From Anaerolineales bacterium (GTDB lineage Bacteria; Chloroflexota; Anaerolineae; Anaerolineales; UBA4823), in the NCBI GenBank assembly GCA_041558875.1, contig JBFFEL010000005.1:8771-72770 (forward strand): 64,000 nucleotides of DNA, in the 5' to 3' direction. Each line of letters opens with the position of its first letter. The first letter of the stretch is position 1. Of the stretch, positions 27,379 through 36,631 are shown in pieces. The notes under the pieces are model-generated. The model was not told the DNA's origin and made no database searches. It worked only from the letters and a program-made list of their open reading frames with translations. A program made the translations under genes and the position numbers.

Positions 27379-28395
27379 TCATGGATCAGCTTGGGAGACT
27401 TGGGGATTAGAAATCGTCGCAGATTGGTGGAGTTCAAAATCATCAATCACCACTCCCTGACGGTTGATGAATTTGAAGCGCATCAACTCCCTGCCCACTT
27501 CAACCAGCATGGCGCCATAATCTTCGTTGTAGCGCACCTGGCTGCCGTCGATAATACCGTTGAAATCATAAATACCTGCGCCCCCTAACCCATTGACAAA
27601 ATAATAAATGCCGTCTTTGGAGATGCGTTCGTAAGTATGGTCATGCCCGGAAATAACCACATCTGCACCCCATTGAGCAAACGGCCACTGCATTCTCTCG
27701 ATTGGCCCATGCATGCCTGATGAGTAAGGTGAATGGTGAAAGTAGACGATCTTCCAGGGGCTGTTTGAAGCAACCAACTGCGATTGCAGCCAGGCTGCCT
27801 GTACCGAGCTGCTGTCCGATCCATCTGGTTCATCCGAATCGCTGTCCAACACAAAAAAGTGTACCGCACCCCAGGAGAAGTCATAGTAGCGTTCATTGCC
27901 CGGTAGGGTGAAATAGTCCAGGTACGGCTGGACATCTATGGCATGCCAATCATGATTGCCTAGGCTGGGGAAAAAGCGATTTTCCTGTCCACTTTCACCG
28001 TAGCTGCCTTTATAAGGCGCGATAAATTCGTGGAAGAACTGCCCAATATTTTCGTCGATCGTGCTGGCAGCACCATCTGGATAATTATTATCCCCGGTGG
28101 TGATGATGAAGTCAGGATTCCAGCTTTTTATCAAGGCCGCCACGTCCGCTTCTTTCTGATTTCCGGTGCCATAATCCCCGATCACCGCGAAGCGAAGATA
28201 GACAGTTCTTTCAATTCCCTCGATTACTATTGGAAGAAAAGATGTTTGTTTTGATGAAGTGTTGAGACCGGGGAGACCCAGTTGTGAATCGCTCACTTGA
28301 AAACTGGCAGAGGCTGTGCTCTCAGTGCGCGTGGTAAAAATTAATCCCGCCAGGCAGCCAGCAAATAACGAAAAAATTGCAATTTTTTTGTACAT
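27379..28395 (-). CDS. Secreted metallophosphoesterase, copy 3 of 3
   Basis: Signal peptide (IAIFSLFAGCLAG), no long PT linker, and the same catalytic motifs. Long nucleotide-identical runs are shared with copy 2. Confidence 0.85.
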   Translation of the reverse strand: MYKKIAIFSLFAGCLAGLIFTTRTESTASASFQVSDSQLGLPGLNTSSKQTSFLPIVIEGIERTVYLRFAVIGDYGTGNQKEADVAALIKSWNPDFIITTGDNNYPDGAASTIDENIGQFFHEFIAPYKGSYGESGQENRFFPSLGNHDWHAIDVQPYLDYFTLPGNERYYDFSWGAVHFFVLDSDSDEPDGSDSSSVQAAWLQSQLVASNSPWKIVYFHHSPYSSGMHGPIERMQWPFAQWGADVVISGHDHTYERISKDGIYYFVNGLGGAGIYDFNGIIDGSQVRYNEDYGAMLVEVGRELMRFKFINRQGVVIDDFELHQSATISNPQVSQADP

Positions 28396-28416
28396 TTGGA
28401 AATTCTCAATAATTTT

Positions 28417-29751
28417 CTACTGATTAATAAGTTGGTATATCCCACCTTGATAACTTACAAAATAAACTTCCCCGCTTTCATCCTCTCCAAAGGAGGTAAT
28501 GCTGGCGCCAGTCTCAAACAGTACCCTGTTCTGCCAGGATCCATCTTCTGTACGCAGCAAGCCCCAGATCAACCCCGAGCCATAATCCCCAAAAAAGTAT
28601 ATTCCCTGCCAATCGGGCAGCTGAACTCCCCGGTAAACCACACCCCCGGTTACCGAATAGCCCTGATCGCGACCGTATACTGCCACCGGATCAGTAAGCT
28701 CAATTTCTTGCGGGACGGTTGAAGAGCCATATGGTTGGGCTCCTTCCCTGTAGTTCCAACCAAAGTTTACCCCACCAGGATCACCGGCCGGTAGATAATC
28801 GATCTCCTCCCATGAACCCTGACCGACATCTCCAAGCAGAAGATCTCCTGTCAGCTGGTCAAAGGAGAAACGCCAGGGATTGCGTAATCCATAAGCCCAT
28901 ACTTCCGGGGCTCCGCCGCCTTGGGCATAAGGGTTGTCGGAAGGAATGGCATAAGGATCACTTTGATCCACATCCAGGCGTAATAATTTACCCAGGAGGA
29001 CGTCCCTGTTTTGTGCATTCCCGAGTGGATCACCCCCGCTACCGCCATCCCCCAATCCGATATACAGGTAACCATCAGGTCCAAATGCCAGCCCCCCACC
29101 ATTATGATTGGGATAAGGTTGTTCCACAACCAGTTGTTTGACTTCACTATCAGGGTCAGCCTGGTCAATTTGCTCGGTTACCTGAAACCGGGCGATCACC
29201 GTATCTCCATTTAGATCGGTGTAATTAACCAAGAAAAACCCATTTACACTATATTGTGGGTGGAAAGCCAGGCCCAATAAGCCGCGCTCTCCGCAGCACC
29301 CCACCCGGTCGGTGATATCCAGGAAGGGTTCCGCGAGCAGCTGATTCTCCTTGAGGATGCGGATTATCCCGGCTTGTTCCAGGATAAACAATCGCCCTGA
29401 GTCATCACCCGCGTTAGCTAAACCGATAGGCCGATTCAAACCGCTGACGATTAGACTCCATTGATAAGAATCCGGATTGGGGAATTCTGCAGCGCTGGTT
29501 ATGGTTTCTGTTGGGGTTGGCTCGGGAATATCGGTTAGAGCTATTGTTTCAGTTGCCGTAGGTTCAGGCACATTTGGTTCAGGGGATTGCGGGTTACTGG
29601 CTGTAGCAGTGCGCGATATTTCAACTGTGGGTGTGTCAGCATGGGCTGTTGAGGGCGAAGTTTGTGTTATTGCCTCAAGAGAACCCCCACAAGCGCTGAT
29701 CACCAAAACCGATAATAAACACAGGATGAACTTTAAATAAAAGCGAATCAA
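28417..29751 (-). CDS. PQQ-dependent sugar (glucose/sorbosone) dehydrogenase-family lipoprotein
   Basis: Lipobox VISACGG. The motifs HNGGGLAFGPDGYLYIGLGDGGSGGDP and WAYGLRNPWRFSFD are typical of soluble GSDH beta-propellers. Confidence 0.85.
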   Translation of the reverse strand: MIRFYLKFILCLLSVLVISACGGSLEAITQTSPSTAHADTPTVEISRTATASNPQSPEPNVPEPTATETIALTDIPEPTPTETITSAAEFPNPDSYQWSLIVSGLNRPIGLANAGDDSGRLFILEQAGIIRILKENQLLAEPFLDITDRVGCCGERGLLGLAFHPQYSVNGFFLVNYTDLNGDTVIARFQVTEQIDQADPDSEVKQLVVEQPYPNHNGGGLAFGPDGYLYIGLGDGGSGGDPLGNAQNRDVLLGKLLRLDVDQSDPYAIPSDNPYAQGGGAPEVWAYGLRNPWRFSFDQLTGDLLLGDVGQGSWEEIDYLPAGDPGGVNFGWNYREGAQPYGSSTVPQEIELTDPVAVYGRDQGYSVTGGVVYRGVQLPDWQGIYFFGDYGSGLIWGLLRTEDGSWQNRVLFETGASITSFGEDESGEVYFVSYQGGIYQLINQ

Positions 29752-29776
29752 TTATTCCTCTGAGCCTGCCGGATAC

Positions 29777-30136
29777 TTAATCTTCCTCGGCGAATTCGGC
29801 ATCCACGATATCATCATCGTCAATACCTTGCGGGTCCCTCCATTCACCCGGGATGGTACCAGCCAGGGCAGCCCTGTGTTCTTCGACAACATCCTGGGGA
29901 CAGAGTTCAACGAAGATGAAAAGTCCGAACCCAATAATGGCTGCATCATCGATCGGACCAATGATCAAATCTGGGATTACCAGATAAAATAACGTTGCTA
30001 TCGGGATCAGCTTCAAGAAAAGATTGACCCGTGGATCGCGAATCAAACGAAATACAAGCTTAAAATGATTTGATATTTCGTTGAATACCCCACCCCCTCC
30101 GGAATTTACTACCGAACGTTTATTCTTGTCAGACAT
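29777..30136 (-). CDS. DUF1232 (YkvA-like) small membrane protein
   Basis: The segment RLIRDPRV..KLIPIATLFYLVIPDLIIGPIDDAAI matches the DUF1232 core as I remember it. Confidence 0.7.
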   Translation of the reverse strand: MSDKNKRSVVNSGGGGVFNEISNHFKLVFRLIRDPRVNLFLKLIPIATLFYLVIPDLIIGPIDDAAIIGFGLFIFVELCPQDVVEEHRAALAGTIPGEWRDPQGIDDDDIVDAEFAEED

Positions 30137-30305
30137 GATTACCTCGATGGTTATCTAAACAAACCCATATCCTAACTCGGTTAAGCTTACCACGCCTGAT
30201 CCCAGGATGTTGCCATTGGTAAACCCAATCACATCTCCGCAGATACCAGTATAAACTTTCACCTATCCATGATAGAAGGGGAAATTAGTCCCAGTTGAAA
30301 GGGCC

Positions 30306-33300
30306 TCAGTCGGTGATTTCGAAAATATCACCTGTGCTGTTACCTTGCACTTCCGGGAAATAATTCTGGTATGCGCGGGCTGGCATCACCCTGTATTCTC
30401 CCGGCAGCACCGGTACAAATTGATAGGTGAATTCATAAGTTCCCGCAGGCAGCCAATCAACTGACCAGGAGATGCGATCATCAAACACCTGAGGAGCGTT
30501 AAAATACCACCATCCCCAGCCCTGTTCAAAGGGTGCCTGAGGATTGAATTGCGTATCTACCTCAGATTGGGTTGTCTTCAGGCTAACATCTAAGACTTCC
30601 GCTCCCGCAGGGAAATAATCTTCGACCAGCAGGTAGTAAGTTGTCTCTGGTATGGTTAGTGTCAACCGTACGGTCACCAGTTCTCCAGTCTGTGCTGACC
30701 CGATAGACGGGCATGCATCTTCATTACATTCGCCCCCAGCAGGGTAATATGCGCGGGTTATGTTGATCCCTTTATCAAGGGGAGATATTTCTTCCACGGG
30801 TTGAAAAACATTGAGATGAGCATTGTAATACAACCTACCCACGCCTTGACTGCGTTGCAACGATAAACTGTTCGGCGCATCCGCATACATATTTTGAACA
30901 GGAACCTCGGCTTCAACCGGGGTCAGCTGCGATATTCCACTAGCTTCTCCGGCAACCAGGGGAGAATCATTGAATACAGCCGAAAAATCAAATTCGCCGC
31001 TCAGCTCTCCAGTCCCTTGCATTACCGCTGCCAGAGCCATTAAAGTCCATGCGGTTTCATAGGAGGAAGTCCAGGCGCCAGATGCAGCACGGTGAGCCAT
31101 CAGGTATCGCGTCGCCTCTGCAACCAAGGGTGAAGCCGGATCTTGACTGGCAAGCGCGTAAAGCACTACCGCCGTAGATTGAAGCGTTGTGCTCATATTC
31201 TCCCAGCTAGGTTCCTGATTCTCCCAATGTGCGCCGGTTGCAGAGCGGACCGCGTCTCCAGCCAATTCTGATTGTAGGGTTTGCACCCGCTCATCTCCGG
31301 GGGAGACGGTTTCAATTGATAGCGCCAGCAGTGCCTGCGCCCAGGGGTTTAAGCGGAAGCGCTCTTCATATAAGGTGGCTATGCCGACCATATCACCTTC
31401 GCCTGCCTGGGAGAGGACAAAATGCACGAATGCCAGACGATCATACTGCCAGGTTTCAGCCAGCATTTCTGGCAGCGGGAGTGAGGCAGTCAGGTAATCT
31501 ATCGCAGCAGCAATAACGCCCGACTCTACCTCTACACCCGCTTCTTGAGCCCGGATTAAACCGAAGAGCACATAAGCAGTAATATAGGTGTCACTCGGAT
31601 TGCCCTGCCACCAGCCCCAACCACCATCAGAGTTCTGCTGAACTTGCAAATGCTCGAGAGAATCCTCCAGCAGCTGGTCTAACCGTGATTGAAGCCCCGG
31701 CTCGTCCAATCCGAAGTCCTGGATCACCCGGAAGGTCTCTAAATTTGGCAGGAAGCGCGATACAGCTTGCTCGGTGTTGGCATGCGGATAAAAATCAACC
31801 ACTTCCAGCGCGCTCAACATGGCGGCACCTAGAGAAGGCGCCATCTCCAGATTCAGTGCCCCGCCCTCTGGGTCAAACGAGCGCGGCAGGCTCACTAATT
31901 CGAGCAACTCACCGCCATCTTCAAGGATTCCCGAGGTGCCAAAAGTTTGTGGGGCGTTATATCGTAAAACCGGTATGTTTCCCCAGGGTGGTCGGGTGGC
32001 ATCTTGTAATTCGCCAGCGCTGGCATTAAATACCAGATCAATTTCCTCCACCTCTCCTGGGGTCCCCCACCACTCAATCCGTTCTCTGCCATCTGAGGGG
32101 ATGTTGATATTCTGTATCGCCAGGCTTGGGTCGTCCAGATCGAATCCGGCTGCCTGCAAAGAAACTTCAACTTGCAGATCATTTGGGGTGTTATTGTGAA
32201 CAACAGCAGCTAACCGCGCATGATCACCAACCACCAAGAAGCGCGGTGTCACCGGTCGCACCAGCAAATCCTTCGTGCTGATAACCAGTCCATCATCCTG
32301 ACCAACTTTTGTCTCTGCAGTCACACCGCGAGTATCGAGCTGCCAAGAGGTCAGATTATCTGGCAAGGTCACAATCACGAATGCCTTACCTTCCGCATCC
32401 GTCATGACATCGGCATTCCAATATGCGGTATCCAGAAATTCCTCTCTTACCTGGATTGGTGGGGCAAGTTCGCCGCCGCCACCCCCACCGATCCCCTCAA
32501 CCATCGATGGGCGAAGGTGGGTCGCAGCTGCCAGACTGAGACTCGTGTTAACCCCCAGCGGCTGCTCACCGTAAAACGCAGAGACGATTTCTGGGGTATT
32601 CGGCTCTGCCAGGGCGAGAACAGCCAGGTCGACTACCGAGAGCGAGAATTCCCCTTGGACTGGATTCCCCTGAGCATCGCTTACCTGCAGGTTCAAGGCA
32701 ATTTTCCCGCCAGGCTCCACCACCACCGGATCACTGGTCAACGATACATTCAATGATTGCTCAACCGGGTCCACCGGCAGCACAAGATAGCCCTGGCGAA
32801 AATCAGCTGCACCCTCCCTATCCGGCTTGATTAACGTCACAGAAACATAGACGTTCGGCGCCTGCTCATCCCCTAATTGCACTGGAATATCGATCCCAGC
32901 GCCATTTACCGGCACTACTAAATGTTCAAAGAGGATTCCACGTTCTATGGAGACCAGGGCCATCGCACCGTCACCAAAAGGATTCGGTACAAACACCTGC
33001 GCAGTTTCTCCTGGCTGGTAAGAATCTTTATCCGCCGTCAGTCGCAAGCGTTGGTTGGGCAAATTGGGCCACACCGCCTGCCCGGGACCTCCCACCCATA
33101 ATATTATCTGCGTGACCGCGTTATCGCCGGGACTACCCCGGCCGCTGACCTGCAGCTCATATGTACCTGGTTCAGGAGGAATAAAAGCAATCCGGGCTTT
33201 ACCATCCACGCCGGTGACAAAATCGGTGCTGCCCACCGGTGTATAGCGAGTTTCATAAGTCGGGAAGCCGTGCAAATCACCAGGTTCTGGTTCAATTCGT

Positions 33301-36224
33301 TCCCAAACAACTTTGTTGAACTCGGCCGATAAGACTTGTTCCCCAGCCGGTTCTTTTTCCCAATCCACGACCTGCACCTCGAAACCGGTTTCCCTCCCCA
33401 CCTGGCTGGACCAGGAATCTGGCCGCAGGCCGATAAAAAACTCGTCGGGATTTACCAATAAGTCCGCGCGTGAGCTGATTGGAATTCCACTTTCATCTGT
33501 GGCAATCACCTCAAGCGTATAACGGTAGCGCTCATCAGCATTCGGGATCTCCAGCGCGAGGGTCAAATTCCCTGCTGCATCAGTCTCCCCTTCACCTTCA
33601 GCGACCTGCTCCTGGAATCCGGGCAAGAAAAATCCTGGAAAGCCGGATAACCAGCGTGTGTCTGATTTACCAACTTCGTAACCAGGCAAGAAAAACGCTT
33701 CTGGAGAACGGAACAGAACCCAGCTGACCGGGATATTCCCAGCCGGCGCGCCAAAGAAATAATTCGCCTCAACCGTGGCATCAATTTTCTGTCCAGCTAG
33801 CGCCTGATCAACCGGGAAAGTAATGCTCAAATCGATCTCTGGTTTCCGGTATTCTGCCACCTGGAAGGTCACACTGGAGAAGTGCGCATCTTCGATGGTA
33901 AAGCGGTAGGTACCCGGCTCAATATCCTCTGGCAAAGTGTACAATCCATACGTGGTCCCCAATTCTGAAAGGGGTAAGTTTAAGGTGGCGATTTGTTCAC
34001 CAAAATCATTGATCAGAGTAAGAATCAGGTTGGATTGATCGGGCAGTTCATATCGCCCATTGTAAACCTGACGCAGGATGGCTCTAAAGTTAACTTTTTG
34101 TCCTGGGCGATAGATGGGGCGGTCTGTATAAAGATATGCTTCAAGGTGAGGTGGGGTGTAATCAACCCGGTAACCAAAACTACCACCATCAATACCCTGC
34201 CCCCAGTTAGAAAGCGCGGCAGAAAAATTCTCTTGGCCCGGTTCTCCGAGAATTGCATAAGAAACCCCAAAAACATCTTCCATCTCCCGAATTGGAATCT
34301 CGGTATGGAGCACCCCTTCCGAATCGGTCAGCCCTTGAGCCAGCAGCTCACCACTTTCAGAATAAACTGATACAGGAGCACTTTCAACAAGACTGCCGTC
34401 ATTTAGATTTACTGCCCACACAAGGACATCGGTGGCGCTTAGTTTAAGGGTTGTATTGATGTCGCTGACCACTAAGAAGTAAGGTCCGGGATAGATATTG
34501 TCGATCCCAACATTGAAGCGCAGTGAATAAATTCCCGCAGCGAGAGGGCCGCCGTCCAAAGTGAGCGGAATTTCGACCGGGGTGCTCTGGTTGGGTGGGA
34601 TTTCCAATTCATGCAGCAAGGTGAGTTCACGTTCGGGTCGATAAGCCTGGCGGGCCTCATAATTCCCAGGGGCCAAAACCTCCTGGAAATCTTCTAAGGG
34701 CACTACGCCAAGTGAGTAGGTCAAATCAGGCAGGTTGGTAACTTGAACCATGATGCTTGACTGCTCCGGTGTCAAGAACACCACCTCTGAACCAGTTGTC
34801 ACCGTGAGTGAGGGGTCGATGGATCGAGTGCGGAAATTGAGAACATACTCCTGACCAAGACGACCATTCCACTTGTCCGGCAGGTTCGGTGAGATAGTCA
34901 GCGTATAGGCTGTATCAGGTTCATAGAAACCACCTAACCAAATCGTTCGTTCTTCTTCATCCGCAAATGCTTCCAGGTCCAGCACAGGTGGGCTGATTGT
35001 AATGAACTTAATTGCGTCCTTGGGTTTAATTGGCGAATTAAATTCAATCGCCACGCTGCTGTAAACATCTTTTTGACCATTATTGGCAGGATCGCTGCCG
35101 ATCACCCTAAGTTCAGAAACCGTCTCTAGAGTTGCCTGGTACTCCATACCAGTTTGTGTCCCCCCTTTGGATGAAACCTCTTTACCTAAGATAATTGTAT
35201 AAACCCGGTCGCGTTTCAGTAAATTATCGGGGGTAAATACAAACTCGGTAGCTTCCTCATTCCAACTGAACTTTCCCCGAACGCGATCTTTTTCAGCATC
35301 CAGCATGGTGAACTCGCTTGCAATGCTGTCTGGATCCATGGGCTGGTTGAAGGTGAATCGAATTTCAGAGTCCAGATTGACATTCCCGGATCCATCACCA
35401 GGCTCAATTGACAAGATATTTGGTTCTGTTGTTGTAAACGACCAGGACAGGCGATTTTCTAAGGGGCTGCCATCCAATCCAGTCAAATCGCTGCTTAGCT
35501 GGACAGTGTATTCTGTTCCACCTGCCAGGGGAGGTTCTGGATAAAATGCATACGTACTGGTATTAATCCATTCCCCACGACCTTCGGCTACGGGTTCTAC
35601 AGAGAATGCTGCCGGAACATTTGATTGGTCTGCACCTAATGGAACTACCGGTCGGTTGAAGGTCGCCACGATTGCCGCGGATGGATCGACCTCAGTGGTG
35701 CCATCTTCCGGCAAGTTTTGAGCAAGGTTCAAGAAACCTGCCGCATGGTAAACCAGGCTTATCGGTTCAACCAGAGCTAATCCGTTAGCAGCTTGGGCTT
35801 GTGTGTCAAATTGCAGATTGATTTGGCTGGTTGGAGTGAGTGGCTCATCCGGGGTAAAGACCAGGGTTGATTCATCCAACCATTCAAACCGACCCGAGAG
35901 TCCTGAGAAAGCTCGCTCCACCGAGTCAAGATCCATAGATTGGTTGAAGTAAAAGATTACCGGACCATCCAGCCCTACCTCAGAGTTTGGAGGTGGATCA
36001 CTCTCGACCAATCCTGGCGGCAGGACTTGCGGAGTAGGAGTCGGTTCGACTGGAAATGTGGCAGTAGGTTGTTCTTCAATCTCCAGGAATGGTGACGGGG
36101 TTGGAGTTTCCGCTTCCGGGCTGGGAAATGAGCAGGCAGAAGAGATCAATAAGACCATAAACACCGCTATATATGGCCAATAATGCCTTTTGATTTCCAA
36201 CCCTTGCTCAAATCTTAATGGCAT
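30306..36224 (-). CDS. Giant alpha-2-macroglobulin-family lipoprotein with N-terminal Ig-like (SbsA/Big) repeats; thioester Cys absent
   Basis: The start is at ATG 36224 (AGGAGA 7 nt upstream), giving MPLRF..LLISSACS, a lipobox. The protein has MG-domain-sized repeats and a thioester-domain region, YPHANTEQAVS, where CxEQ is expected. The C-terminal part resembles an A2M receptor-like domain. Confidence 0.85.
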   Translation of the reverse strand: MPLRFEQGLEIKRHYWPYIAVFMVLLISSACSFPSPEAETPTPSPFLEIEEQPTATFPVEPTPTPQVLPPGLVESDPPPNSEVGLDGPVIFYFNQSMDLDSVERAFSGLSGRFEWLDESTLVFTPDEPLTPTSQINLQFDTQAQAANGLALVEPISLVYHAAGFLNLAQNLPEDGTTEVDPSAAIVATFNRPVVPLGADQSNVPAAFSVEPVAEGRGEWINTSTYAFYPEPPLAGGTEYTVQLSSDLTGLDGSPLENRLSWSFTTTEPNILSIEPGDGSGNVNLDSEIRFTFNQPMDPDSIASEFTMLDAEKDRVRGKFSWNEEATEFVFTPDNLLKRDRVYTIILGKEVSSKGGTQTGMEYQATLETVSELRVIGSDPANNGQKDVYSSVAIEFNSPIKPKDAIKFITISPPVLDLEAFADEEERTIWLGGFYEPDTAYTLTISPNLPDKWNGRLGQEYVLNFRTRSIDPSLTVTTGSEVVFLTPEQSSIMVQVTNLPDLTYSLGVVPLEDFQEVLAPGNYEARQAYRPERELTLLHELEIPPNQSTPVEIPLTLDGGPLAAGIYSLRFNVGIDNIYPGPYFLVVSDINTTLKLSATDVLVWAVNLNDGSLVESAPVSVYSESGELLAQGLTDSEGVLHTEIPIREMEDVFGVSYAILGEPGQENFSAALSNWGQGIDGGSFGYRVDYTPPHLEAYLYTDRPIYRPGQKVNFRAILRQVYNGRYELPDQSNLILTLINDFGEQIATLNLPLSELGTTYGLYTLPEDIEPGTYRFTIEDAHFSSVTFQVAEYRKPEIDLSITFPVDQALAGQKIDATVEANYFFGAPAGNIPVSWVLFRSPEAFFLPGYEVGKSDTRWLSGFPGFFLPGFQEQVAEGEGETDAAGNLTLALEIPNADERYRYTLEVIATDESGIPISSRADLLVNPDEFFIGLRPDSWSSQVGRETGFEVQVVDWEKEPAGEQVLSAEFNKVVWERIEPEPGDLHGFPTYETRYTPVGSTDFVTGVDGKARIAFIPPEPGTYELQVSGRGSPGDNAVTQIILWVGGPGQAVWPNLPNQRLRLTADKDSYQPGETAQVFVPNPFGDGAMALVSIERGILFEHLVVPVNGAGIDIPVQLGDEQAPNVYVSVTLIKPDREGAADFRQGYLVLPVDPVEQSLNVSLTSDPVVVEPGGKIALNLQVSDAQGNPVQGEFSLSVVDLAVLALAEPNTPEIVSAFYGEQPLGVNTSLSLAAATHLRPSMVEGIGGGGGGELAPPIQVREEFLDTAYWNADVMTDAEGKAFVIVTLPDNLTSWQLDTRGVTAETKVGQDDGLVISTKDLLVRPVTPRFLVVGDHARLAAVVHNNTPNDLQVEVSLQAAGFDLDDPSLAIQNINIPSDGRERIEWWGTPGEVEEIDLVFNASAGELQDATRPPWGNIPVLRYNAPQTFGTSGILEDGGELLELVSLPRSFDPEGGALNLEMAPSLGAAMLSALEVVDFYPHANTEQAVSRFLPNLETFRVIQDFGLDEPGLQSRLDQLLEDSLEHLQVQQNSDGGWGWWQGNPSDTYITAYVLFGLIRAQEAGVEVESGVIAAAIDYLTASLPLPEMLAETWQYDRLAFVHFVLSQAGEGDMVGIATLYEERFRLNPWAQALLALSIETVSPGDERVQTLQSELAGDAVRSATGAHWENQEPSWENMSTTLQSTAVVLYALASQDPASPLVAEATRYLMAHRAASGAWTSSYETAWTLMALAAVMQGTGELSGEFDFSAVFNDSPLVAGEASGISQLTPVEAEVPVQNMYADAPNSLSLQRSQGVGRLYYNAHLNVFQPVEEISPLDKGINITRAYYPAGGECNEDACPSIGSAQTGELVTVRLTLTIPETTYYLLVEDYFPAGAEVLDVSLKTTQSEVDTQFNPQAPFEQGWGWWYFNAPQVFDDRISWSVDWLPAGTYEFTYQFVPVLPGEYRVMPARAYQNYFPEVQGNSTGDIFEITD

Positions 36225-36498
36225 AAATATTCTCCTAATGAAGGAGACGGTCGAACATAGAACAAAGTTCCTCAAGGTAGCGAGATTATACTAGATGGAG
36301 CACAAAACAAATTATTAGGAACTGGTAAGTTTTATTTTACTGGTGGATGGCTCTCATAGGACCCATCATAAATCGCCGAACCATTCACGTTGTCCTGAAA
36401 TCTGAACCGGGATGCCAGGTAAATTGGCATAACATGTGCATGATAATGATGTTAGCCCTCAGCATATTGGTTTGCTAGGGCGCTCAGGCGTCTTTGTG

Positions 36499-36525
36499 AT
36501 GAATGAATACCGAGTATTCGCTCAT
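36499..36525. promoter_or_regulatory. 27-bp imperfect palindrome ATGA-nn-GAATAC-cga-GTATTC-nn-TCAT in the A2M/VanW divergent intergenic region
   Basis: Read directly from the sequence. It has 6-3-6 perfect core arms and matching outer ATGA/TCAT, and lies ~105 nt upstream of the VanW-family ATG. Confidence 0.3.
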
Positions 36526-36631
36526 TTTTCTGAACAAATCCGTTTCAAATTATACGTCAAGGGCTCTTTGGTACAATTAACATTTCCTAAATAGGGAACA
36601 CGCACCTTTCTTTTGTCGTTAAAATAATGGT

